From the NCBI GenBank assembly GCA_964462795.1, contig CAYWZG010000001.1:3197-67196 (forward strand): a stretch of 64,000 nt of DNA, read 5' to 3'. The position numbers were made by a program, and so were the translations under genes. The stretch comes from an uncultured Methanotrichaceae archaeon (GTDB lineage Archaea; Halobacteriota; Methanosarcinia; Methanotrichales; Methanotrichaceae). Each line of letters opens with the position of its first letter. Within the stretch, counting starts at the first letter, position 1. Below the pieces are notes generated by a model that was not told where the DNA came from, ran no database searches, and saw only the letters and a program-made list of their open reading frames with translations. Of this stretch, positions 18,093-28,032 are shown in pieces.

Positions 18093-20942
18093 TCACTGAA
18101 TGAATATGGCGGGCCTTCCAGGCTCGGCATTCCGGCTCTTTCCCATGGGATCTTCGCCGGGCTCGTCTGCCGAATAGACCTCGACCGCGCAATCCAAGGA
18201 CTTTTCCAGATAAGCCATCTCTCGTGCGAGAGTATCGAGCTCATCAAGCCTCAATGGCTCAGAGCTTAAGGAGTGTGCGCCTTTCATGAGCTTCTGAGCG
18301 TACTTGGATGCCTCTTTCTTGTGGGCGGCAACTTCTGGAAGTGACATGACACCTTTCATGAGAGCGCCCACGTTGAGGCCGTCTGCCTCTTTCAGGCTCA
18401 GAGCCTCTTTGAGCATGGCACACTTCCAGGAAGGTGCAGTGTACAAAACCACCTTCTCAGGAGTCTGGTTCGTGATCTTCAGGATAGACTCGACGTCCTC
18501 CAAGGTCTTTTTCAGGAGGTCTTCTGCCATCTCAGCTTCCTCGTCTATGAGGGACAAGTCTGGCGTTGGCCACCGAGCCAAAGAGACGTAACCGTCGCCC
18601 AACTCTTCCCAGATCTCCTCGCAGACGTGAGGCGTGAACGGGACCATAAGCCTCACCCAGGTTAAAAGGACGTTCTTGAGCTGATTCTTTCCGCCTCGCC
18701 TCTGGTACCACCGCAGATCGTTGATTATATGATAAAAAGCGCTCTGAAGAGCCCGCCGGGTCTGAATGGACTCTAACGCCTCAGAAGTCTCGACTATCCG
18801 CCGCTGGAGCCTGCTCAGTATCCACCGGTCGACGAGCGTCTTTTTGGCATTCTCGTCTATCTCGGAATTGGTGATAATATCCCAAGCAATGTTGTAGAAC
18901 CTTCCGACCTGGTGCCGGGAGGATTCCACGCCCTCGGTTCTCCAGTCCGCATCTTGGGTGTGCTCTGCGTTTGAAAGAATGTAAAGACGTGTCACATCGG
19001 CACCGTTCTCTTCCACGGCTTCTCTCAAGGTTAGCAAGGGGCCCTTGGACTTGGACATCTTCTTTCCCTCAAGGGATACGAAACCGTTCACCGCCATGGC
19101 GCGAGGCCAAAGGTCCCGTGGGAATATGGCGACGTGATGGTAGAGGAAGAAGAGAAGGTGGTTTGCCACGAGGTCTTTTCCAGACGACCTAAGATCGACG
19201 GGGTACCAGTACTCAAAGTCGGTCCTGATCTGCTTTACCGTCTCTTCGGGTATGCCGGTCAATTCGGCAACATTTTGAGATTCACCCTTCCCTAAGAATA
19301 TGTAGTCGAAGAACTCGGGCGGGAGCGAATCGATCTTCATCCCGGCGTTCACGTACTTTGCAAGGATGTAGTAGGCCATGTAAATGGTGGAATCGCCCAA
19401 CGATTCGATCAGCCATTTTTTATCCCAGGGAAGGTTCGTTCCAAGGCCCTTGCGTCTGGCACAAGCCTTCTCCTTGAGCCAGTCCACTTTGTTCTCAAAC
19501 TCGGTCCTGATCTCTTCTGGAATCAGCCTCATGTCGGCAAGACAGCTCAAAACTTCCCCTTTCCAGACGGGATCAGAATAGTTGAGGAACCACTGGTCTC
19601 GAACCATCTTTACGACACATCGAGTACCGCACCTGCATATCACCGGGTTTTCGCTGAACTCGTAGAACACCTCAGCGATGTTCTGATCGATCAGGTCTGA
19701 AAGAAGCTGATCTTTGATCTTTGATACAGGAATTCCGGCGTACTTTCCGGTGTTCTCTTTGAGAACGCCGTTATGAAACTCGCGTCTGTAAACAAACTTG
19801 GTGGCCGCTTCGGCTTTGGGATCGTTCTGGTCTTTTACGCCCAGTTCCTGGACCGCTTCGATCGCAGGGTACTCGCCATAATCTGGGACCTTGATCAATG
19901 ATATGAACCTGATATCTCTCAAGTCTTCAGTAATGCCGTACTCGCTCAGGTCTTCGTCGTATAGGTCTTTCAAGGCGAGGTAGTCGTAAGGCGCATGAGC
20001 CGGAACGCTCATTACAATCCCGCTTCCGTTGTCGGGATCCACGAACGAAGCTGGCAAGGTGAGGACCTCAGTACCGGTCAGGGGGTTTGTTACTTTCTGG
20101 CCGACGAGTTTGGATCCATCGATCTCGCCGATCCGCTCGACCGATCTATCGGTATAAATCAGCTTCTCGTAAGCCTCGTTGCTCACAACCCAGGTCTCGT
20201 CGTTCACCTTGGCAACTACGTGAACCACGTCAGGATTTATCCAGAGGTTGGTCACTCCAAAGACCGTTTCGGGCCGGAGAGTAGCGCAGGGCAGGATCTT
20301 GTCGCCCCACCTGAACTTGACGAGGGCAAAGTCTATGATGGTGGTCTCTTCGCCCTTCAGTATGTCATGATCCTCAACCGGGTTTTCGTCGTTGGGACAC
20401 CACCGAACTGGATGGCTCCCTTTGGTCACGTAACCTTTGTCTTGGAGTATGTAGTACTGCCACTCGATAAACTTCTTGTAGGCGGGATCGGTGGTGGTAA
20501 ACTCCCGTCTCCAGTCGATTGAGTATCCGATGCTCTCCATCGCGGCTCTTGACTCTTTTCTGAAATAGTCAACTATCGCCTGTGGCGTCGTCAAAGTCTC
20601 GAAAACTTCAGGAGGGATTCTGTGATGTTTTGTGTAGACTCTCTCGATCTCTGGATCTTTGTTCTTCACAAGCTCGCTTAGACCGACGATTGGAGTTCCT
20701 GTGACATGAAACGCCATGGGAAAGAGGACGTTATCCCCATTCATCCGCTTGAACCTGGCCACCACATCTCCGATGGTGAAAGTTCTGGTGTGGCCTGCGT
20801 GCAGGTTCCCGTTGAGGTATGGATAAGGGATTGTTATCAAGAACTTCTCGCGGGTGTCAGGTTCAGCCTGGAACACTCCTTCCTCTTCCCACTTTCGTTG
20901 CCATTTGGATTCGATCTTTGAAGCTGAATAATCTTGAAGCAA
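18093..20942 (-). CDS. leuS: Leucyl-tRNA synthetase (archaeal type)
   Basis: 949 aa. HIGH-type motif (NLHAGHTRT), KMSKS motif present (GKKMSKSKG), and archaeal-type length. Confidence 0.95.
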   Translation of the reverse strand: MLQDYSASKIESKWQRKWEEEGVFQAEPDTREKFLITIPYPYLNGNLHAGHTRTFTIGDVVARFKRMNGDNVLFPMAFHVTGTPIVGLSELVKNKDPEIERVYTKHHRIPPEVFETLTTPQAIVDYFRKESRAAMESIGYSIDWRREFTTTDPAYKKFIEWQYYILQDKGYVTKGSHPVRWCPNDENPVEDHDILKGEETTIIDFALVKFRWGDKILPCATLRPETVFGVTNLWINPDVVHVVAKVNDETWVVSNEAYEKLIYTDRSVERIGEIDGSKLVGQKVTNPLTGTEVLTLPASFVDPDNGSGIVMSVPAHAPYDYLALKDLYDEDLSEYGITEDLRDIRFISLIKVPDYGEYPAIEAVQELGVKDQNDPKAEAATKFVYRREFHNGVLKENTGKYAGIPVSKIKDQLLSDLIDQNIAEVFYEFSENPVICRCGTRCVVKMVRDQWFLNYSDPVWKGEVLSCLADMRLIPEEIRTEFENKVDWLKEKACARRKGLGTNLPWDKKWLIESLGDSTIYMAYYILAKYVNAGMKIDSLPPEFFDYIFLGKGESQNVAELTGIPEETVKQIRTDFEYWYPVDLRSSGKDLVANHLLFFLYHHVAIFPRDLWPRAMAVNGFVSLEGKKMSKSKGPLLTLREAVEENGADVTRLYILSNAEHTQDADWRTEGVESSRHQVGRFYNIAWDIITNSEIDENAKKTLVDRWILSRLQRRIVETSEALESIQTRRALQSAFYHIINDLRWYQRRGGKNQLKNVLLTWVRLMVPFTPHVCEEIWEELGDGYVSLARWPTPDLSLIDEEAEMAEDLLKKTLEDVESILKITNQTPEKVVLYTAPSWKCAMLKEALSLKEADGLNVGALMKGVMSLPEVAAHKKEASKYAQKLMKGAHSLSSEPLRLDELDTLAREMAYLEKSLDCAVEVYSADEPGEDPMGKSRNAEPGRPAIFIQ

Positions 20943-20964
20943 AAAGCTAATCCTCCTTGGTAAG

Positions 20965-22137
20965 TCAAAGAGACCTGTCCTCTTCTACCATCGTTTCGAT
21001 CCTTGAGACCGCAATATCGATCCTTTCTGTGGGCTGTGTCACCGAGAACCGGACGTAACCTTCGCCATATTCGCCAAATCCAACGCCAGGCGTCGCGACA
21101 ATCCCGAGTTTTCGTATGAGATTTTGGGCGTACTCAGCAGAGCTACCCTCGATTCCAGCCCAGATGTAGAAAGTAGCTTCGGGCATTTGGACCTTTAACC
21201 CAAGTTTGGCAAGGCTCTGGTAAAGGTTCTCTACCCGCTTTTTGTAGGTCTCTCTCATCTCGACTACGAACTTCTTGGACTCAGGGTTCAGAAGAGCGGC
21301 TTCTCCTGCGTCTTGAACCGCGCCGAAGATTCCTGAATCGATGTTGCTCTTGACCTTGCCGATTCCCTGGACGATATCGGCGTTTCCCACCACAGATCCG
21401 ACGCGCCACCCGGTCATGTTGTAGGTCTTGGAAAGCGAATGAAACTCGACGGCAACGTCCATCGCCCCTTTCACTTCCAAGATGCTTGGGGGCCGAGTCT
21501 CGCCAAAATAGACATCGGAGTAAGGGTTATCGTGCATCAGCAAGATGTCGTTATCTGTGGCAAAGTCGACCATCTCTTTGAAAAAGGAGATGTCAGCACA
21601 AGCGCCCGTGGGATTGTTGGGGTAGTCTAGGAAGATAATCTTGGCTTTTTTTGCCACCTTTGGATCTATCGATTCGAGGTCAGGGAGGAAATCGTTCTCT
21701 TTTTTCAAGGGAAGGGTTACTGGAACGCCTCCTGCAAATTGGACCGAGGTCTTGTATACAGGGTATGCAGGATCCGGCACGAGTGCGAGATCACCAGGGT
21801 TCAAAAAGGCAAGAGGTGCGTGAGCGATTCCTTCCTTGGAACCTATGAGCGCTACAATTTCAGACTCGGGATCGAGGTTCACTTGGAAAGTTTCTTTATA
21901 CCAGTCTGAGATGGCGGATCTGAAGGAGAGCTTACCCTCGTAAGAAGGGTATTGGTAATTCTCTGGATCTTTTGCGGCCTTGCAGAGCGCATCTACAATA
22001 TGAGGTGGCGTGGGCAAGTCCGGATCGCCCACGCCCAGGTTTACGACGTCCACCCCTCTATTCATCGCCTCGAGTTTGGCTTTATCAATTGCTGCGAACA
22101 GATAGGGGGGGAGGGATTTTATCCGATCAGCGTACAT
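20965..22137 (-). CDS. Class I/II PLP aminotransferase, probable LL-diaminopimelate aminotransferase type
   Basis: N-terminus ADRIKSLPPYLFAAIDKAK...NLGVGDPDLPTP. SLSKTYNMTGWR carries the PLP lysine. dapA and dapB lie in the same window. The substrate assignment is inference. Confidence 0.6.
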   Translation of the reverse strand: MYADRIKSLPPYLFAAIDKAKLEAMNRGVDVVNLGVGDPDLPTPPHIVDALCKAAKDPENYQYPSYEGKLSFRSAISDWYKETFQVNLDPESEIVALIGSKEGIAHAPLAFLNPGDLALVPDPAYPVYKTSVQFAGGVPVTLPLKKENDFLPDLESIDPKVAKKAKIIFLDYPNNPTGACADISFFKEMVDFATDNDILLMHDNPYSDVYFGETRPPSILEVKGAMDVAVEFHSLSKTYNMTGWRVGSVVGNADIVQGIGKVKSNIDSGIFGAVQDAGEAALLNPESKKFVVEMRETYKKRVENLYQSLAKLGLKVQMPEATFYIWAGIEGSSAEYAQNLIRKLGIVATPGVGFGEYGEGYVRFSVTQPTERIDIAVSRIETMVEEDRSL

Positions 22138-22252
22138 TTAACTATCTCCGTCAATGATATACACAGGCAGCGTCGCCCTGATTGCTTTTTAGGGCCTTAA
22201 GAGCACCGCACTTTCGAAGTAGTTCACGTTGTATATAAAGGTAGAGGAATAG

Positions 22253-24331
22253 ATGCTGAATATGGACGATCTGGCCTCTTGGATTCCCACAGAGGCCTTG
22301 GAGCATTATAAGAAAAAAGGCATATTGGAGCTTTATCCGCCCCAGGCTGAGGCTGTGGAACGAGGCCTTCTAGAAGGAAATAGCATGGTGGTGGCGGTTC
22401 CAACTGCTGCAGGAAAGACCTTGCTTGCGGAACTTGCGATGTTAAGGGCGGCCTTGAGAGACGAGCGGTCCCTTTACATCGTTCCCCTAAGAGCCCTCGC
22501 TTCAGAAAAGTACGCAGCGTTCCAAGAGTTTGAAGAACTTGGCGTCACGACCGGCGTTAGCACCGGCGAGTTTGAAAGGCGCGACGAGAGGTTGGGCAAA
22601 AATCACATTGTGGTGGCAACTTCAGAGAAGGCAGACTCGTTGATCAGGAACGGCGCCTCCTGGATAAAGGACATCTCGGTCTTGGTCGTCGACGAGATTC
22701 ATCTTCTAAACTCGGTCAATCGAGGCCCCACCCTCGAAATGACCATCACTAAATTGATGCGTTTAAACCCCCATATGCAGGTTATAGGGCTTAGCGCTAC
22801 TGTCGCCAACGCCTCGCAGTTGGCAGAATGGCTCAAGGCAGACCTGGTCTTGAGCGAATGGAGGCCTGTCGACTTGAAAGAGGGCGTTATCCTCGACGGA
22901 GTTCTCCATTACCCAGGCGAGACCCAGTCTATCAAGAAAGGTCGAGACGATCTGGTGGCCCTGGTCAAAGACACCCTGAGCCAGAACGCCCAGATGCTGA
23001 TCTTCGAGAGCAGCAGGAGAAATGCCGAAGCCACTGCGACCAAGTTGAGCAAACTTTTGAAAGAGGAGTCCCAGGAGCGTTACGAAAAGGTCCTTGCAAC
23101 CGGCGAGAGCGAAACTGGAAAGAAGCTGGCCAGCTGCGTGAAAAAGGGCGTGGCTTTCCATCATGCTGGACTTTTGCCAGAACAGAGGCAGATGGTCGAA
23201 GATGGGTTTCGATCCGGCGAGATACGGGTGATCGCCAGCACCCCGACCCTCGCCGCAGGCCTGAACATGCCTGCAAGAAGGGTCTTGATCAGGAGTTACA
23301 AACGGTTTGAGGGCAGTCGAGGAATGGTTTCCATACCTGTGATGGAGTACCGCCAGATGGCGGGCCGAGCAGGTAGGCCTGGCCTTGACCCTTACGGCGA
23401 ATCGTTCCTCATGGCAAAGAGCAAGTCAGAATTGGACGACCTGATGGACCACTACGTTCACGGTGAGCCCGAAGAGATCTGGTCGAAGCTCGCCATGGAA
23501 AACGCGCTCAGGACTCATCTTCTCTCGACCATAACCACGGGGTTTGCATCCAGCCACGAAGAACTCAAAGAGTTTGTCAAGGCCACTTTTTACGCTCACC
23601 AGCAAGACGCATGGCACCTTGACACCGTGATCGAAAAGATGCTGGAGTTTCTCATAGAAAGCGATATGATAACCGAGGAGCTAGAACCAACGCCGTTGGG
23701 CATCCTCGTGTCCAGGCTCTACATCGATCCGCTCAGCGCAAGGATCGTGGTGGACAACTTGAGGTCCAAGGATCAAATCACTGACCTATCCCTTCTCCAT
23801 CTCATATCGATGACCCCTGACATGGAACTTTTGTATGTACGGGCTTCAGACGGCTGGATCGAGCTATTCATAGATCAGCATCATCTCGAACTCTACCCCG
23901 AAGACAATTACGACTGGCTGCTAAGAGAGGCCAAGACCACCTCTCTTTTGATGGATTGGATATCCGAGATGGCTGAAGAACAGATATCTGGCCGGTATCA
24001 TGTGGGGCCCGGTGACGTAAGGAGGGTTGCAGGGACTGCAGAGTGGCTCATGCACTCGGTTGCGCGCCTTTCTCAGCAGCTTGATCTCGGCGCCACCTAC
24101 AACGCATCTTTGTTGGAAAAGAGGATTCATTACGGCGCAGGTCCTGACTTGATGGCTCTGCTCGACCTGAAAGGAGTGGGCCGGGTCAGAGCAAGAAAGC
24201 TCCATGAGGCCGGTTATACCAGCCTTGAGAAGATCCAGAAGGCGGATCAATCCTCTTTGAGCGAGGTCATCGGACCCAAGACTGCAGAGAAGTTGATGGC
24301 TCAGCTTCGAGAAATGATGCCGGTGAGGTAA
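22253..24331 (+). CDS. hel308: Hel308/Ski2-type DNA helicase
   Basis: 692 aa. Walker A AVPTAAGKT, DEIH box (VVDEIHLL), C-terminal HhH-like tail. Confidence 0.9.
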   Translation: MLNMDDLASWIPTEALEHYKKKGILELYPPQAEAVERGLLEGNSMVVAVPTAAGKTLLAELAMLRAALRDERSLYIVPLRALASEKYAAFQEFEELGVTTGVSTGEFERRDERLGKNHIVVATSEKADSLIRNGASWIKDISVLVVDEIHLLNSVNRGPTLEMTITKLMRLNPHMQVIGLSATVANASQLAEWLKADLVLSEWRPVDLKEGVILDGVLHYPGETQSIKKGRDDLVALVKDTLSQNAQMLIFESSRRNAEATATKLSKLLKEESQERYEKVLATGESETGKKLASCVKKGVAFHHAGLLPEQRQMVEDGFRSGEIRVIASTPTLAAGLNMPARRVLIRSYKRFEGSRGMVSIPVMEYRQMAGRAGRPGLDPYGESFLMAKSKSELDDLMDHYVHGEPEEIWSKLAMENALRTHLLSTITTGFASSHEELKEFVKATFYAHQQDAWHLDTVIEKMLEFLIESDMITEELEPTPLGILVSRLYIDPLSARIVVDNLRSKDQITDLSLLHLISMTPDMELLYVRASDGWIELFIDQHHLELYPEDNYDWLLREAKTTSLLMDWISEMAEEQISGRYHVGPGDVRRVAGTAEWLMHSVARLSQQLDLGATYNASLLEKRIHYGAGPDLMALLDLKGVGRVRARKLHEAGYTSLEKIQKADQSSLSEVIGPKTAEKLMAQLREMMPVR

Positions 24332-24332
24332 G

Positions 24333-25145
24333 ATGACTGAAGATAAGAAAGAATCTGAAGAATCTAACGGGGCGAAAACGCCAGAATCGTCAAAAAATCC
24401 CGAGAAGATGGATACAGTTGAACTGCTAAAAAAGGCGGATCCAACGAGCCTGAACCTGGGCGGGATCGTCCCCCTCTCGACGGTGGATTGGCCCGGGACC
24501 GCCTCGATGGTGATATTCATGAGAGGGTGCCCACTCAGGTGTCCTCACTGTTTTAACGATCATCTCCAAACTGGCGAGAGTTTTGAAGATCTCGCCTTCG
24601 TGGAAAAAGAGATCGAGAATGCAGCTCTGTTCATAAGCAGCATCGTCTTTTCGGGCGGTGAAGCCTTGATGCAGTCTGATGCAGTTCGGTATATCGCCGG
24701 TTTTGCCAAAAAGCTGGGCCTGAAGGTGGGAGTTGAAAGCTGTGGATTTTACCCAGAAAGGCTCGCAAGCTTGCTGGAAGAATGTCTCCTTGACCAGGTT
24801 TTTCTGGACGTGAAGGCTACCTTGAAAGATCCGGAGTATGCCAGTGCTACAAGCAGGTTTGGTGTCGCCCCTAAAGTGATCGAATCGCTGGAAATTTGTC
24901 TTGAGGCTGGAGCGCCTTTTGAGGTCAGGGTCACCGTTTTTCCTGAGACTGCAAAATGTGTTGAAAATATTGGAACGACGCTTTCGCATATGGGGATTGG
25001 TTTGGTCACGTTCCAGCAAGGCATGCCAAAGGAAAGCGAAGAGCCTTTTGAGCCGGTCCCGAAAGATCAGCTTGAGGCTTTCGCCGAGTCGTTTCGAGCT
25101 TTGGGCATAAGCGCGAAAGTTCGAATCAAGGGAGAATTGGATTGA
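24333..25145 (+). CDS. Radical SAM activating enzyme (NrdG/PflA-like)
   Basis: TVDWPGTASMVIFMRGCPLRCPHCFN contains the CxxxCxxC motif. The N-terminus is a K/E-rich low-complexity stretch. Confidence 0.75.
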   Translation: MTEDKKESEESNGAKTPESSKNPEKMDTVELLKKADPTSLNLGGIVPLSTVDWPGTASMVIFMRGCPLRCPHCFNDHLQTGESFEDLAFVEKEIENAALFISSIVFSGGEALMQSDAVRYIAGFAKKLGLKVGVESCGFYPERLASLLEECLLDQVFLDVKATLKDPEYASATSRFGVAPKVIESLEICLEAGAPFEVRVTVFPETAKCVENIGTTLSHMGIGLVTFQQGMPKESEEPFEPVPKDQLEAFAESFRALGISAKVRIKGELD

Positions 25146-25756
25146 AGATCATAGGATTTGTGGGGATGCCAGGTTCTGGAAAGTCGGTTGCCTCCAACGT
25201 GGCTTGCGATATGAAAATACCGGTCGTGGTCATGGGCGACGTCATAAGGGAGGAAGCAAGAAGGCTTCAATTGGAGCCGACAGACCAGAACCTGGGACAA
25301 GTGGGAAACTCCTTGAGGGAAAAAGAGGGCCCTTTTGCCATCGCCAGAAGATGTCTAGAGAAGATCGAGACGCTCGAAAAAGCCGGATCAAACCCTTCAG
25401 TTGTGGTGATCGAAGGGATCCGGAGCAAAGACGAGGTGGACCTTTTCAGAGAACAGAGTTCTGATTTCCGACTGATCGAGGTCTGGGTACCTGACGATAT
25501 CAGGATGAGGCGGATTGCAGCTCGGGGGCGAGCTGACGACTGTTGTGGGGCCGATACCAAAGAGGCGATGGACAAGCGGGATAAACGTGAGATGGGTTGG
25601 GGGATGGGTGAGGCCATAAAGTCTGCTGACATGAGGGTCGAGAACGGCGGGTCGCTTGAAGAGCTCGAAGGAAAGGTAAGAGAAGTGCTACGCGAGATAG
25701 AGAAAACCTCAGACTCGATACTTAATGCAGCATCCCAAAGAAAATCACTTTGCTAA
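25142..25756 (+). CDS. P-loop nucleotide-kinase-like protein (archaeal UPF0200 / dephospho-CoA-kinase-like family)
   Basis: MKIIGFVGMPGSGKS P-loop. TTG start overlaps the upstream stop (TTGA). Confidence 0.6.
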   Translation: MKIIGFVGMPGSGKSVASNVACDMKIPVVVMGDVIREEARRLQLEPTDQNLGQVGNSLREKEGPFAIARRCLEKIETLEKAGSNPSVVVIEGIRSKDEVDLFREQSSDFRLIEVWVPDDIRMRRIAARGRADDCCGADTKEAMDKRDKREMGWGMGEAIKSADMRVENGGSLEELEGKVREVLREIEKTSDSILNAASQRKSLC

Positions 25757-25846
25757 TGGAAACATTGGAGTATGTGTTTTAGATGGAGCCTGAAAAACCG
25801 GTCCTGTGAAGAAGTATTTTAGGGATGAACGCTACCACATGAGCTC

Positions 25847-26251
25847 ATGAAAGAGTACTCCAACGACGAGATCACTGTTCGCTGGGACCCAAAAAAGTGC
25901 ATCCATTCGGGTGAATGTGTCAAGTGCCAGCCAGGAGTCTTCGATCCAGACAGGTCCCCCTGGATCAAGATGGATGCGGCCAGCACCGAAGAGATTACAA
26001 AAGCCATCGACAAGTGCCCTTCTGGCGCACTCTCCTACGTGAAGACGACCAAAGCAGAAAAGGCCGAGCCAAAAAGTGAACCTGCTGCAAAGATCCGAGC
26101 AATGAAGGATGGGCCATTGACGGTGCAAGGAAGCTGCATTCTGATCGACGAGGACGGGTCCATTCTCGCCGAAGAAGGGCCCTTCGCCCTCTGCAGGTGC
26201 GGTAAATCCAAAAAGAAACCCTATTGTGATGGGAGCCACAAGAAAGCATAG
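25847..26251 (+). CDS. Iron-sulfur protein: divergent 4Fe-4S mono-cluster domain fused to a CDGSH-type domain
   Basis: KKCIHSGECVKCQPGVFD...KCPSGALSY, followed by CRCGKSKKKPYCDGSH. Confidence 0.75.
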   Translation: MKEYSNDEITVRWDPKKCIHSGECVKCQPGVFDPDRSPWIKMDAASTEEITKAIDKCPSGALSYVKTTKAEKAEPKSEPAAKIRAMKDGPLTVQGSCILIDEDGSILAEEGPFALCRCGKSKKKPYCDGSHKKA

Positions 26252-26580
26252 AACTGATCGTGTTCGGCAGGACATTTGGGACGAATGCCAATTACCGCCA
26301 CCTGTCCGATCAAGTCACATCGGGACTCATCCCAAAAAGCCGATCAGCATTATGTTGTGCAGATTTTGCAGACACAAAAAACTAAGTCAAGCTTTCAAAC
26401 TTTGAAGAGGATTGGAAACGCTCACTACCCAAAGGTTCATGCCCGAAAGATGAAAACTGATATGTTATATTTTCATGAGAATGTCAGTTCGATGGCATGT
26501 TTAGGCTATTTTCATGGGAAAATCAGTTAAATGATGAATACACATTTTTGTACCACTAATATCCAACTCAAGGGTCAGTT

Positions 26581-28014
26581 ATGCATATCACTGGTACACC
26601 ACTTAGAGCGATCTTCGTAGCAGTTCTAATATTAATATTAGTCTTGCCCACCTTCTGCCTGATCGAAAGTGCGTCTGCCGCTCCGATTAAGTACACGCTA
26701 GAAGGTTATACGCTAGATCCCAAGGAGAAATGGACTACCGGTGCCATAAAGGGATGGTCAGAAGGTGAATGCATACCTTTTCGGTATACTGTGACCAATT
26801 CTGGATCAAATCCAGAGTCATTACACCTGAATATAATATTCGATAGCGAGAAAGATGGAATAGTAGGGGTCGAAAGTTTCGAAGCCTTTCAGATTCCTGC
26901 AGGCACAATCGAGGGTCCTATCTTCGACGGTGAGGTAAACGGTTGGTACACTTGGGATGTAATCGTGCCCAGGGGTTCGACCTATATATTGGAGTGGTGT
27001 GCCCAACTTGGATTCGAGTCGGGGCTTTGGCCTGGGGCGAGCATCCATGTGAGCGCCAAGAATGGCGGAAGCATGGACGTTCCGATAATGGTTGGCGACC
27101 TTGAAACTCCTGACGTTTACGTCACAAAAACCGCAAGCTCAAGCTGTGGCGAAATCCGTTATACGATCCAATACGGCAATTGGGGTAAAATTGATCAGAC
27201 CAGAACCGTTCTTGTCGCCTATTATGATGCAGAACAGGTTTTTGTGATAGATTCAAGCGGCGGCCTTGATGATGGAAACTCTATTGCATGGCAGATAGGC
27301 GATCTCGCTTCTGGAACTGTCGAATCGTTAAGTTACGTGATGGCGATAAAATATCAAGTCCTCCCAGGTACATCGATCGCTTCAAACGCATTCATATCAG
27401 GCGATTTGGCAGAACGCTCCACTAAAGACAACTCTTGCGAAGTGGTGGCTTATGCAAAGCTGCTTCCTCGAGTGAATGCAGGACTCGAAAAGACGATCTT
27501 AGAGGGCGAATCGACTGGATTAGGGGGCAATCCAATTGTCGTTGGAAGTTTTGGAAACTACACAACCCTCTGGACTCCAGCATATGGCCTCGATGATCCT
27601 GCAAAACCAAACCCTACGGCATCACCAGGCAAGACTACAACTTACGTCGTGAAGGTGACGGATGCAAATGGATGCAGCAACCAAGATGAAGTGATGGTGA
27701 ATGTATTGTCAAATCCGTTCTGCCAAATCGAAGGACCAGGGTCGATCTGTGAGAACAGTCATGTTGCAACCTTTTATTATGTGGGCGAAGACACAAGCAT
27801 GGCAGATTTCGGGTTCATATGGTCGATCGATGGTGTCGTGGTCGGAAACGACGAGGCGATCGACGTAGATTTCTCACATTTTGGTTTTGGTCAACACAGC
27901 TTGATCTTGGACGTCTTTAAGACGTATCCTTCCGGAGAAGTGACCTATAACCGCTGTGTTCACCCGATAACTTATATCGAATCGCCAAAAGTCTCTATAA
28001 CCGTCAGTGGATGA
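26581..28014 (+). CDS. Secreted surface protein (477 aa) with a DUF11-like repeat and Cys-containing Ig/PKD-like C-terminal domains
   Basis: Signal peptide. DVYVTKTASSSCGEIRYTIQYGN...WQIGDLASG is DUF11-like. The C-terminal about 100 aa are paralogous to the C-terminus of the 40352-41011 product. Confidence 0.75.
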   Translation: MHITGTPLRAIFVAVLILILVLPTFCLIESASAAPIKYTLEGYTLDPKEKWTTGAIKGWSEGECIPFRYTVTNSGSNPESLHLNIIFDSEKDGIVGVESFEAFQIPAGTIEGPIFDGEVNGWYTWDVIVPRGSTYILEWCAQLGFESGLWPGASIHVSAKNGGSMDVPIMVGDLETPDVYVTKTASSSCGEIRYTIQYGNWGKIDQTRTVLVAYYDAEQVFVIDSSGGLDDGNSIAWQIGDLASGTVESLSYVMAIKYQVLPGTSIASNAFISGDLAERSTKDNSCEVVAYAKLLPRVNAGLEKTILEGESTGLGGNPIVVGSFGNYTTLWTPAYGLDDPAKPNPTASPGKTTTYVVKVTDANGCSNQDEVMVNVLSNPFCQIEGPGSICENSHVATFYYVGEDTSMADFGFIWSIDGVVVGNDEAIDVDFSHFGFGQHSLILDVFKTYPSGEVTYNRCVHPITYIESPKVSITVSG

Positions 28015-28032
28015 GGCTGGTGTTAAGACTAT

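Noticed and set aside
19995-20522. 175-aa plus-strand ORF, and other plus-strand ORFs between 18087 and 20921
   Set aside because: All are antisense to leuS, which is full length with HIGH and KMSKS motifs.
23921-25019. 199-aa and 197-aa minus-strand ORFs (23921-24520 and 24426-25019)
   Set aside because: They lie antisense to hel308 and the radical SAM activase gene. Their composition is Ser/Arg/Pro-rich and they have no start context.
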